Source of the DNA: Elusimicrobiota bacterium
GTDB lineage: Bacteria; Elusimicrobiota; Elusimicrobia; UBA1565
Length of the DNA: 26,439 nt
NCBI GenBank assembly: GCA_043819795.1
Contig: JBDREN010000153.1
Span: 1-26,439 of the forward strand
Reading direction: 5' to 3'
The position numbers were made by a program, and so were the translations under genes. Every line of letters starts with the position of its first letter. Position 1 is the first letter of the stretch. This document shows, piece by piece, positions 18,329-26,114 of this stretch. The notes beneath the pieces are model-generated. The model was not told the origin of the DNA. It did not search any database and worked only from the letters and a program-made list of their open reading frames with translations.

Positions 18329-18643
18329 CTAATCCAGCGCCAACGCGAACTTGACCGCCTGCTCCACGGCCCGCATTTTCTTGAAGGGTAGGGCGCAGAT
18401 CCGGCGCAGCAGCACGGACTTGGGGATGGTCAACAGCACGTCGGCGTTGACCACGCAGGTCTTGGGCATCCCCTCCTTCTTGCCCAGCAGGACTTCAGTG
18501 GGGATATGGCGGATGGTGCGGGTGATCTGGGCCGCCGTCACGGCCTGCCGGACTTGGATCGCCGCGTCGCGCGACAAGAGCAGGACGGGCCGCTTGCCGG
18601 CGGGCCGGGGCAGATGGGCCCACCAGACCTCGCCCCGCCGCAA
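18329..18643 (-). CDS. mazF: PemK/MazF family endoribonuclease toxin
   Basis: RRGEVWWA..GKRPVLLLSRD..IT.TIR.IPTEV.L..EGM..CVVN; TTG start abuts the antitoxin stop. Confidence 0.9.
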   Translation of the reverse strand: MRRGEVWWAHLPRPAGKRPVLLLSRDAAIQVRQAVTAAQITRTIRHIPTEVLLGKKEGMPKTCVVNADVLLTIPKSVLLRRICALPFKKMRAVEQAVKFALALD

Positions 18644-18913
18644 CTACCAATCCTCCCGGGGAAAGGCGGCCGCCCCGGCCCTGGCGACCGCCGCGATCTC
18701 ATCGATGTCCTCGGGCTTGTCCCGGTACCCCGCCACGTAGCGAGCCTCCTTCTCGCGCACCTCCAACGCCTTGAAGTAGACTTGCAGCGCCGCGGCGTAG
18801 AGCTCGCTCCGGCTCTGGCCGTTCTCGCGCCGAAGCGCCTCGGCGCGCTCGTATGTCCCCGAGGGGAGGCTGATGGCGGTCTTGACGGCCCTGCCCTCTC
18901 CTACTTTGGTCAT
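18644..18913 (-). CDS. Ribbon-helix-helix antitoxin (MazE-like)
   Basis: VKTAISLP..YERAEALRRENGQSRSELYAAAL (RHH), acidic C-terminus, directly upstream of mazF; ATG 18913. Confidence 0.85.
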   Translation of the reverse strand: MTKVGEGRAVKTAISLPSGTYERAEALRRENGQSRSELYAAALQVYFKALEVREKEARYVAGYRDKPEDIDEIAAVARAGAAAFPREDW

Positions 18914-18919
18914 ACTATT

Positions 18920-18947
18920 ATTATACCGCAATCCCCCCGCCTGTCAA
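18920..18947 (-). promoter_or_regulatory. TA promoter TTGACA-N16-TATAAT, probably leaderless
   Basis: -35 at 18947-18942, -10 at 18925-18920; only 6 nt separate the -10 from the ATG; no SD. Confidence 0.8.
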
Positions 18948-19163
18948 GGCAAGAATCGTCTTGGCAGGCGAGGCCTTCGATCCGGCGGAACGGACCGGAC
19001 TCGGCCCGGGGCCCGGCGCCCTTGCCGGAGCGTTGCGCCCGGAGATCCACGGAAAGAGTGCTGGTGATCTCCCGATCGGGCTGTGTGTCGCGTGTGAGTT
19101 GAGGGAAGGATTACTCAACAAACTCAACGCCCTTCATGGAGCGGCGCGCGTCCCGGCTGGGGG

Positions 19164-19741
19164 TCAGCGCGACCCGTCGAAGAGACGCTCCAGCCTGCCC
19201 CGAGCGTCGTAGATGAATGGTACCTGAGGACGGATGCGCGCGCCGACCTCGCCGAGCCTTTGGAGCAAGGTGGGGTTGCCCCGCGGCGCGTTGCCGGCGG
19301 CCCGAAGCGACTCGGAGACGCGCTCCCCGAGGCCGGGCCGGAGATTCTCGATGCCGGTCACGACCTCCTGGAACTGATCGGGCGGACCAAAGCGTTGGCG
19401 ATGAGGATGGCCGAGGCCTTCTCGGCCTCCAGAGGCTCTTTGCCCAAGGTAGCCGCGCGCGCGGCCATGGGCCGGCGCTCCTTGCCCGCCCCCTCGATCT
19501 CGTCCCGGAGGTAGCCGGCGGCCTCCCGCGGGTGGCTCATCGACGTCGCGCGGGCGAGCTGAGAATCGAGCGAGTTGATCAGAAGGGACGCGAAGAAAGG
19601 CTCGTTCTGGAGCGAGAGAACCATCGAGCCCAGGAAGCCCGGGACGAAAGACGGGGCCGGCCGGGGAGCGGCGACCCGCTGGGCAACCGCCGGAGCCGCC
19701 AGGAGGACCGCCGCCGCGCAGGCAAGAAGCGTCCGCTTCAT
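19164..19741 (-). pseudogene. Secreted hypothetical protein split by a single-base frameshift near 19380 (pseudogene or sequence error)
   Basis: The signal-peptide ORF 19741-19358 ends ..ANALVRP-ISSRRS. Adding one base at CGCCCGAT gives ..ALVRP-DQFQEVVTGIENLRPG.., continuous with ORF 19361-19164. Confidence 0.6.
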
Positions 19742-19825
19742 GCCTAAAGGATAGCCGTCCGCCGTCGAGCCACCAAGTGCATCGGGCCCAGACCGGCCGT
19801 GTCCGATGGGCCTAGTGCGGCGCCC

Positions 19826-22800
19826 CTATTCGCACTTGATCACCAGCCGCTCGGTGTCGCTCGCCACGCGGGTCGTCCCCGGCACATACCCGTCGATGGA
19901 TCCCAAGAGCACGTTGGTCCCGGCTTCCAGCGGCAGCGCCACGAAGTCGATGCCCCGCTGGGTCAAAGACTCCGCGGATACCGCCAAGGGGACGCCGTTC
20001 AATTCCAGCTGAGCCGTCTCAGGGAACACGGTCTCCCCGCCCACCGCCGTGACCAGGATCAACTGCGTGACCCTCCCCGGGGCGCAGCCCAGGATCGTGG
20101 TGACTTTGTCGTCCACGGCGCCGGCATAGACCAGGAAGTCGTCAACGGCCGGCCGCCGGCCGCCCCGGACGAATCTCCCCGGCTCGGGGAAGAATATCCC
20201 GACATCGGAGCTGAGCGGTCCGTGGATCTCGGCCATCAGACAATGCGACTCGGCGTCCACCAGGGCCGGCTGCGGGCAGGCTGCGTTCCCGGGCCCGCAC
20301 GCGAGCCACTCGTCGGCCCCGGTGGCCTGGTTCAACGTGAAGATGAATATGTTCAGATGCTTCTCGTTCGCCGAGGGCGGCAGCTGCGACGGGTCGTAGC
20401 ACATGGACAGGACCGCCGGCGGGACGAACGTCGTCGCCTCGGGGCCGAGGTCGTAGAGATTGCCGACGGCGCTGAACTTCCCCTTGGTCTCGGCCAGCTT
20501 GGCGTTGGCGTCCGCCTCGGGGACCAGCGCCACCGTCAAGTCCTGCTCCTCCTCGCCCGCGAACGTGATCTCGGGCTGTCCGCCGACGTAGATGGTCACG
20601 TCGATGGAGGCCTCGCGGCTCGCGCTGCACAGGCCCCCGGCGTCGCAGAAACCGAACGCGAACGAATCGGTCCCGGCGAACCCGGCCGGGTCGTAGGTCA
20701 CCTTGGCCGTGCACTGGCCGCCCTGGCAGGACATAACCGTGTCGACCAGACTTCCCTTCGGAGGGCTCACGATCTGAAGCGTGAGGACCGCGTCGTCGAC
20801 GTCGCTCCCCGAGAGGAAGAGGTCCATGGGCGCGCCGTATTCCGTGGCGGCGGGCGCGGGGGGCTCGCTCGTCGGCTGGTCGTTGACCGAGTTCACGGTG
20901 ATCGTGACGGAGGCCGGATCGCTCTCGAGCTCGCCGTCCGTGACCTTGTAGCTGAAGCTGTCGACGCCGTTGAGGTTCGGACCGGGCTGGTAGACGAACG
21001 CGCCGTTGGCGTTCAACGCCAGCAGGCCGCGCGAAACGTCCGAGACCAGGATCGCGGTGAGCGGCTCCCCGTCCGGATCGGAGTCGTTGGCCAGGACCAC
21101 CTGGGCCGGGACGGAGACCGAGAGCACGACGTCCTCGTCCGTTGAATAGCCGTCATCCACGGCGGTCGGCCCCCGGTTGACGTTCTCGACGCTCCAGCTG
21201 AACAAGGCCGAGCCGGAGGCGCCCTCCGGATCGGTGGCGGTCGCGGTCACCGTGTGAGCGCCCGCGGAGTGGTAGCTGAGGGTCCCCGAGATCAGGCCCG
21301 TGCCGGGATCGATCGAGAGTCCGTCCGGCAGGCCCGGAGCGCCGTAGGTCAAGGCCGAAGCCTCCGGGTCGCTCGCGACGATCTGCAGCGAGACGCTGTC
21401 CCCCTCGGTGCCGGACTGGGCGCCCGGGTTGGTCACCGCGGGCGTATCGTTCACCGGATTGATCGTGATGGAGACGGTCGCCACCGCCGAGTCGGCAACG
21501 CCGTCATTGGCCTTGTACTGGAAGCTGTCCGACGTGCTCTCGCCCCCGTCATGGCGATAGTTGAAGCTTCCACTGGAGTAGAACCAGAGCCGGCCGTGGC
21601 TGGGATTGGCGACCTTGATAGCGGTAAGCGGGTCGCCGTCCTCGTCCGTATCGTTGGCCAGGACGCTGGCTTCCCCGCTGTCAAGCTGATGGGCCGACCC
21701 GCCCTCGTTGACCGTGATGCTGTCGGGGTTGGCGATCGGACGCTGGTTGGGCCCGTTCCAGATGTACTTGATGGCGGGGCCGGTGTTGTAGGCGATGTGG
21801 ATCTCGTCGCCCGAAGCCGCTATGGCCGCGTAATCGGAGCCCGGGTCTGCCGTGACCCGCCTGACCTGGGGCAATCCGGAGGGAACGGCCTTCGTCACGT
21901 AGACCGGCCGCCAATCGTCCGAAGAGCCGGAGCCGTGCCTGACGATGGCGTGCAGGCTCCCGTTCGAGAAGTCGGCGTCCAACCACTGGATCCCGCCGCC
22001 GAGCCCCGTGGCCAGGAACTCCTGCTTCCACGACCCGTCCTGCCCGCGGGTAGCCATCTTAAGGTAAGAATCGCGGCCAAACACGACGATCGGCGTCGTA
22101 CCATCGAGGACGAGCTGCGTACCCGAGACGAAAAACTCGCCGATATTCTCGATCGTCCACGTCGCGTCGGACGGCCCTTTGCGGGCGTAATAAGGCCCCA
22201 GAGGGACGCCGGCATTCCACGCGTTCTGGAACGCCGCATGGAGGGTATACCCGTCCGGATCCACGCGCAGGTCCAGCGGTGTCCAGTTGATGGGTGAAGC
22301 GCCGTGGATGAGCGTAGCGGCGCTCCAGACACCGGCTGTCCGGCTGCGGTATTGGATGCCGGCGGAATAATACATGAGGTGCAGTTTCCCGCCCGCGTCC
22401 TGGGCCGCGGCGATATAGTAGCCGGACCCCACGCTGATCGAGGGGGGGCAGGCCGCTCCGTCGGCGAGGCCCGCCGGGCATTCGGTGTAGTACACCGTCG
22501 ACCAGTTCGAATAGAAGACATGCGCCGAACCGGACGGCCCCACGATGACTTTCGGGTTATACTTGCCGACCGGGCTGAGCGTGTTGTGGACCCACCCCGA
22601 GGCCGTCTTTTTGAAGAGCTTGCCGTTGGAGTAGATATAGGGATACCCCTCGGCGTCGTAGGCCACGTCCGGGGTCCCCCCGACGCTCGCGTCGACGGTC
22701 TCGGAGACACCGAGCTTGATCGGCGCCGCGGTGGTGGGCACGTAGACCACGGCGTAGTCCGAGCGCCGGGCTCCCCGCGCGTCGGCCACATTGAAGGTGG

Positions 22801-24178
22801 CCACATAGAACCCCTCGGCGCTCGGGGAGAAGCTGGCCGTATACCCGCTCTGCGTGGTCACGGCGCCCGACGGATCCTCGATCGCCCAACCGACGGTCAG
22901 GGGGTCGTTGTCCAGGTCCGAGGCGATTCCGGTCAAAGTGACCGGGGACCCGACGGCAGCCTGCTTATCGGGACCCGCGTCGGCCGCCGGCACGCTGTTC
23001 GTCAAGTCCATCACCCCCTTGATCCGCCAGCGGTTGTAGGTGTACGAGGTGGACGGCTTCCCGGCGCCCACGGTGAGGGCGGGACGGACCGTTTCGCGCG
23101 GGCTGTCCGCATAGCCGGTCCTTTCGGCGATGGCCTGGCGCTCGATCGCGCCGTCCGGTAGGACCTTCTTGATCATCCAGGGGCGGTTGTCATCACCCCC
23201 CCCGGAACCGCCGCTGTAGGTGACGTAAAGGAACCCGTTGAGCGCCTCGGCGTCCAGAAACTGGACGGCGCCCTGCACGCCCGTGACAAGGTATTCCGCG
23301 GACCAGGTCCCGCCCGCGCTCCGGCGCGCCATGTTAATGGCGGAAGCGTGGTTGACATAGTCGGCATAGATCAAGTAGGGCGTCTGGCCGTCCACGGCCA
23401 GGCTGAACGCCAGGTTGGCCAACGGCACATTGGGCATGGCGGTCTCGAACGTCCAGCTTCCGCCCGGGGCTTTTGTCGCGTATTGGATGCCGGCGGGGAA
23501 CGAACCGACTCCGTTCGTCTGGTTCGCCGACAAGTGGAGCGTCCTGCCGTCCGAGCCGAGCCGAAGCGCGACAACGTCGAAGTAGGCGCCCGGGATGGAG
23601 ATCTGCTGCGGCGCACTCCAAACCCCGCCGCTTCTTACTCTGTGGTAGACACCGCCGGCTATGTAGACGATATGGATGTTGCCGTCCACGTCCTCGACCG
23701 CGCCGCTGCGGCAGCCGTTGCCCACGGTCTCGGCCGGCGGGCTGCTGGCCCCTTCGGCAAGGCCGGGAGCGAACTCCGCATGGTACAGGGTCCCATACCC
23801 GCTGTAGCAGCTCGCGTAGAAGGCATGCGTGGTCCCCGCGCTGTCGACCAATACCGTGGGCCAGTACGCGTGCGTGGGGATGGGGTCGACGAGATTCCTC
23901 TTCCAGCCGGTCCCGGTCCCGGAGAACAGCCTGCTGTTGCAGAAGACGGCCGTAAGGCCGGAGGCGTTGGCCCCGATGTCGGACGTATGGAAATTCGCCC
24001 CGCTTTCGGTCGCCACGATCTCCGGAACGAAGTCCGCCGCCGCGCACCGGTCAGGAGCGGCGGACAGCGACAAGGCGAGCAGCGCCAGCGCGCCTGTCAC
24101 GACGGCGCCCCCACGACTTGCTCTTGAGCGATCCGTGCCGATGGCGTCGGGTCGAGGGCTGTTTGAGATGTTCATCAT
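19826..24178 (-). CDS. Large secreted/surface protein (~1450 aa): two homologous beta-propeller-like domains, PKD-like, cadherin-like Big_9 repeats, He_PIG-like Ig, ZU5-like and a C-terminal beta domain
   Basis: ATG 24178 with GAAGAGG SD and hydrophobic signal; PAADAGPD..DLDNDPL (PKD); VLANDTDEDGDPL..DSFQYKANDG and VLANDSDPDG..DSFSYKVTDG (Big_9); GLPDGLSIDPGTGLISGT (He_PIG); YDLGPEATTFVPPAVLSMCYD (ZU5-like). Confidence 0.88.
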   Translation of the reverse strand: MMNISNSPRPDAIGTDRSRASRGGAVVTGALALLALSLSAAPDRCAAADFVPEIVATESGANFHTSDIGANASGLTAVFCNSRLFSGTGTGWKRNLVDPIPTHAYWPTVLVDSAGTTHAFYASCYSGYGTLYHAEFAPGLAEGASSPPAETVGNGCRSGAVEDVDGNIHIVYIAGGVYHRVRSGGVWSAPQQISIPGAYFDVVALRLGSDGRTLHLSANQTNGVGSFPAGIQYATKAPGGSWTFETAMPNVPLANLAFSLAVDGQTPYLIYADYVNHASAINMARRSAGGTWSAEYLVTGVQGAVQFLDAEALNGFLYVTYSGGSGGGDDNRPWMIKKVLPDGAIERQAIAERTGYADSPRETVRPALTVGAGKPSTSYTYNRWRIKGVMDLTNSVPAADAGPDKQAAVGSPVTLTGIASDLDNDPLTVGWAIEDPSGAVTTQSGYTASFSPSAEGFYVATFNVADARGARRSDYAVVYVPTTAAPIKLGVSETVDASVGGTPDVAYDAEGYPYIYSNGKLFKKTASGWVHNTLSPVGKYNPKVIVGPSGSAHVFYSNWSTVYYTECPAGLADGAACPPSISVGSGYYIAAAQDAGGKLHLMYYSAGIQYRSRTAGVWSAATLIHGASPINWTPLDLRVDPDGYTLHAAFQNAWNAGVPLGPYYARKGPSDATWTIENIGEFFVSGTQLVLDGTTPIVVFGRDSYLKMATRGQDGSWKQEFLATGLGGGIQWLDADFSNGSLHAIVRHGSGSSDDWRPVYVTKAVPSGLPQVRRVTADPGSDYAAIAASGDEIHIAYNTGPAIKYIWNGPNQRPIANPDSITVNEGGSAHQLDSGEASVLANDTDEDGDPLTAIKVANPSHGRLWFYSSGSFNYRHDGGESTSDSFQYKANDGVADSAVATVSITINPVNDTPAVTNPGAQSGTEGDSVSLQIVASDPEASALTYGAPGLPDGLSIDPGTGLISGTLSYHSAGAHTVTATATDPEGASGSALFSWSVENVNRGPTAVDDGYSTDEDVVLSVSVPAQVVLANDSDPDGEPLTAILVSDVSRGLLALNANGAFVYQPGPNLNGVDSFSYKVTDGELESDPASVTITVNSVNDQPTSEPPAPAATEYGAPMDLFLSGSDVDDAVLTLQIVSPPKGSLVDTVMSCQGGQCTAKVTYDPAGFAGTDSFAFGFCDAGGLCSASREASIDVTIYVGGQPEITFAGEEEQDLTVALVPEADANAKLAETKGKFSAVGNLYDLGPEATTFVPPAVLSMCYDPSQLPPSANEKHLNIFIFTLNQATGADEWLACGPGNAACPQPALVDAESHCLMAEIHGPLSSDVGIFFPEPGRFVRGGRRPAVDDFLVYAGAVDDKVTTILGCAPGRVTQLILVTAVGGETVFPETAQLELNGVPLAVSAESLTQRGIDFVALPLEAGTNVLLGSIDGYVPGTTRVASDTERLVIKCE

Positions 24179-24224
24179 CGTGACCTCTTCTTGTTCTCTT
24201 AGATTCGGGTTCCGCGGGACAAGG

Positions 24225-24283
24225 CTAAATCCGCGGGATTTAGATCTTCTCCAAAATATAGCCCAAACTCGGTCGGAAGTCAA
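24225..24283 (-). promoter_or_regulatory. Promoter TTGACT-N17-TATATT of the large surface protein, followed by a perfect 8-bp inverted repeat
   Basis: -35 at 24283-24278, -10 at 24260-24255; CTAAATCC-N3-GGATTTAG at 24225-24243. Confidence 0.72.
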
Positions 24284-24480
24284 TGACACGCCGCCAGCCT
24301 CAAAAAGACCGCCGAGCAGCGGTTTCCTCGACCCATCAACCACCCGCCTCGGTCCATCCAGCGATGGATTCGCGCCCCGGCGCCGCCCCCCGTAGCGACC
24401 GCACAGAAAACGGAGACCGGGGCTCTCGCCTGCAGTCGCCATCCGCATCACCCCGGTTTGGGCCCGGGCCTCATCTGCTA

Positions 24481-24489
24481 TGCTACAAT
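24481..24489 (+). promoter_or_regulatory. Extended -10 promoter TGcTACAAT for a probably leaderless small ORF
   Basis: TGn-TACAAT with 7 nt to ATG 24497; no SD. Confidence 0.6.
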
Positions 24490-24496
24490 CAGCGCC

Positions 24497-24634
24497 ATGG
24501 GCCTGTACGACCGCGACTACATGCGCGAGGACCGACCGCACGAGGAGGATATCCCTCCGCGCCGGCGGCCCCTGTGGGTGATCGTCGTGGCGGTGGTGAT
24601 CTCCCTGTCCTTCCTCCTGTCCGTGATCCTTTAA
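24497..24634 (+). CDS. 45-aa single-pass membrane microprotein MGLYDRDYMREDRPHEEDIPPRRRPLWVIVVAVVISLSFLLSVIL
   Basis: Below the ORF-track cutoff; GC3-rich codons, charged N-terminus, RRR followed by a ~20-aa hydrophobic C-terminal helix, and its own promoter. Confidence 0.75.
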   Translation: MGLYDRDYMREDRPHEEDIPPRRRPLWVIVVAVVISLSFLLSVIL

Positions 24635-24644
24635 ACTGGAGCCG

Positions 24645-24695
24645 ATCCGCGACCGAGGTCCAAGACATGCGCTTCGCGGTCCGGATGCCTTTTTT
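24645..24695 (+). terminator. Possible terminator after the microprotein
   Basis: ATCCG-C-GACCG ... CGGTC-CGGAT stem with a long loop, then GCC and T6. Confidence 0.25.
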
Positions 24696-24761
24696 CACGC
24701 GTTCCAGCGTGTTTGTCTTCCCGAGTCCCCCTACAAGCGGCCCTTCACGGGCGGCGAGGGC

Positions 24762-25345
24762 TCAGACGAGGCCGGCGAGCAGCCTGTCCGCGGAGACCAC
24801 GCGGATGCCGTCGACCAGCTTGTCCACGCCCGTCTTTCTGAGCACCTGATAGAGGAATGGGATTCCGAGCCTGTCCTTGAAGTACCTTAGAGACGCCGAG
24901 GGCTGCTCGTCGGTGAGCTTGGCTTCCACGGCGAACCACGGCTTCTCGCCCACCACCATGAGGAAGTCCACCTCCCTCTTGCTCCTGTCCCGCAGGAAGC
25001 GGAGGTCGATCTTGTATCCCTCGCGGTCGTGGAGGCGATGCGCGAGCTTGAGCAGGTGGGACGCGACCATGTTCTCGAAACGGGCGGCCTCGCCGTCGAC
25101 CTCGGACCAGTCCCAGATGTAGAGCTTCGGCTCCTTCCTGACGGCCCGGAACCGGCCCTTGGCGTGCGGATAGATCCTGAACTGATAGTAGAAGGACTCC
25201 AGAATGTCCAGCCATCTGGAGACCGCCCGATGGCTGACGGACAAATCCTCCCTGAGCGAGTTCGTCGAGAGAAGAGAGCCCACCCTGCCGGGCAGCATGT
25301 CGCTCAGGAGCCTCATGCTGTCGAGGTCCCTGATCGCGACACTTT
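24762..25345 (-). pseudogene. 5'-truncated AAA+ ATPase / DUF4143 family gene (C-terminal part only)
   Basis: IRDLDSMRLL..RVGSLLS.NSLREDL.VSHRAV..WLDILE, KEPKLYIWDW, ARFENMVA.HLLK, RD...REVDF...AVEAK. No Walker A region; homology stops next to the tRNA fragment. Confidence 0.8.
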
Positions 25346-25363
25346 TCTTGGTCCGGGTACCAG

Positions 25364-25405
25364 TGGCGCGTACGGGATTTGAACCCGTGATCTCCGCCTT
25401 GAGAG
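25364..25405 (-). tRNA. 3' half of tRNA-Glu(CTC); non-functional fragment, probable att site
   Basis: Minus strand reads CT-CTC-AA (anticodon loop), GGCGG (3' anticodon arm), AGATC (variable), ACGGG-TTCAAAT-CCCGT (T arm), ACGCGCC-A (acceptor 3' strand). There is no matching 5' acceptor strand or D arm upstream. Confidence 0.85.
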
Positions 25406-25443
25406 TGCCTTCTCGGGATGTTCGGGTTTTTCGACGATGGCGG

Positions 25444-25926
25444 ATCGAGTAGGCGAGGCCCTGCGGGAATGACCCCGTAGGGCCTTCGCCTCTCACACCA
25501 CCGTGCGTCCATATCCTCGAAGACATTCTTCGTCCGGGCCAGACGGTAGTAGCCCACCCATCCCCGCGTCGACCGATTGACTCCCTCGATCACCCGCATC
25601 AATGAGCGTCCACGACCTCGCCGGAACATCTGCCGCAAGTCGCCCTTGGCCCGATTCACGGACTTCCGGGACACCTTCAGCTTCGGTTTCCGGTCATGGG
25701 TCATCGAGTACCCCAGGAAGCTTCGCTTCCAGGGCCGGTCTACCACGCTTTTCTGCCGATTTATCCTCGCCCCTTTGTTCGCCATGACCCTCTTGAGCGC
25801 TCACTTCAGGTTCTCTCGTCCGACCACCTGCTCCATCAGTTCCATCGTCTTGGAAGAGGCTTCCTCCTTTCCCTCCGTGAGCGCTTGACGCACCCGTTCC
25901 GTATTCTCGCGGCTTCCGGCCGCTAC
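25444..25926 (-). mobile_element. Internally deleted group II intron (class C/IIC-like) remnant
   Basis: The 3' end reads CGGTGGTGTGAGAGG..CCTACTCGAT, i.e. the DV 3' strand plus a DVI hairpin with a bulged A (25450) 7 nt from the end. RT fragments lie upstream. The 5' boundary is approximate. Confidence 0.85.
25504..25845 (-). pseudogene. ltrA: Group II intron reverse transcriptase/maturase fragments
   Basis: MELMEQVVGRENLK*ALKRVMANKGA (RT0, stop at 25803-25801) is joined in frame to RINRQKSVVDRPWKRSFLGYS..RGRGRSL..RGWVGYYRLA (RT7/thumb). The YADD core is absent. Confidence 0.88.
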
Positions 25927-25986
25927 TTTTCGGAAATTCTGACGCGATAAAAATGTGCTGCTTCTACCACGGCTATTCTTGCATCA

Positions 25987-26032
25987 TTGTCAGGGGTTTG
26001 TCATTGATTTGTCAGCGCAATGGGGTTACCAT
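25987..26032 (+). promoter_or_regulatory. Three TTGTCA direct repeats at 11-bp period (Pho-box/OmpR-like) over promoter TTGATT-N17-TACCAT
   Basis: TTGTCA at 25987, 25998 and 26009; -35 at 26004-26009, -10 at 26027-26032. Confidence 0.65.
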
Positions 26033-26114
26033 AAGGTCAGTGGTTAGGAGCGGGCTGGGCGGAGGGTTTGGTTTCTCGCGAGCGTGGAGGAAAGTCGTAA
26101 AGGAGGGCTGCGCA

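Noticed and set aside
24179..24541. 121-aa N-terminal extension of the 1571-aa ORF
   Set aside because: It contains the gene's own promoter and SD and overlaps the divergent microprotein; the real start is 24178 or 24175.
25364..25443. A complete or intron-split tRNA-Glu (CCGCC follows the intron 3' end)
   Set aside because: There is no GGCGCGT 5' acceptor strand or D arm, and 33 unrelated nt separate CCGCC from the anticodon loop.
25346..25526. N-terminal extension of the 254-aa ORF 24762-25526
   Set aside because: It translates intron RNA structure and tRNA sequence; a chance open frame in GC-rich DNA.
24745..25785. 346-aa ORF in the track beginning with maturase-like sequence
   Set aside because: Only the first ~95 aa are RT fragments. 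The rest reads through intron DV/DVI, the tRNA fragment and an off-frame part of the DUF4143 gene.
25444..25926. Retron, DGR or CRISPR-associated RT system
   Set aside because: The fragments and DV/DVI are group II intron type, the YADD core is deleted, and I saw no TR/VR pair, msr-msd or array.
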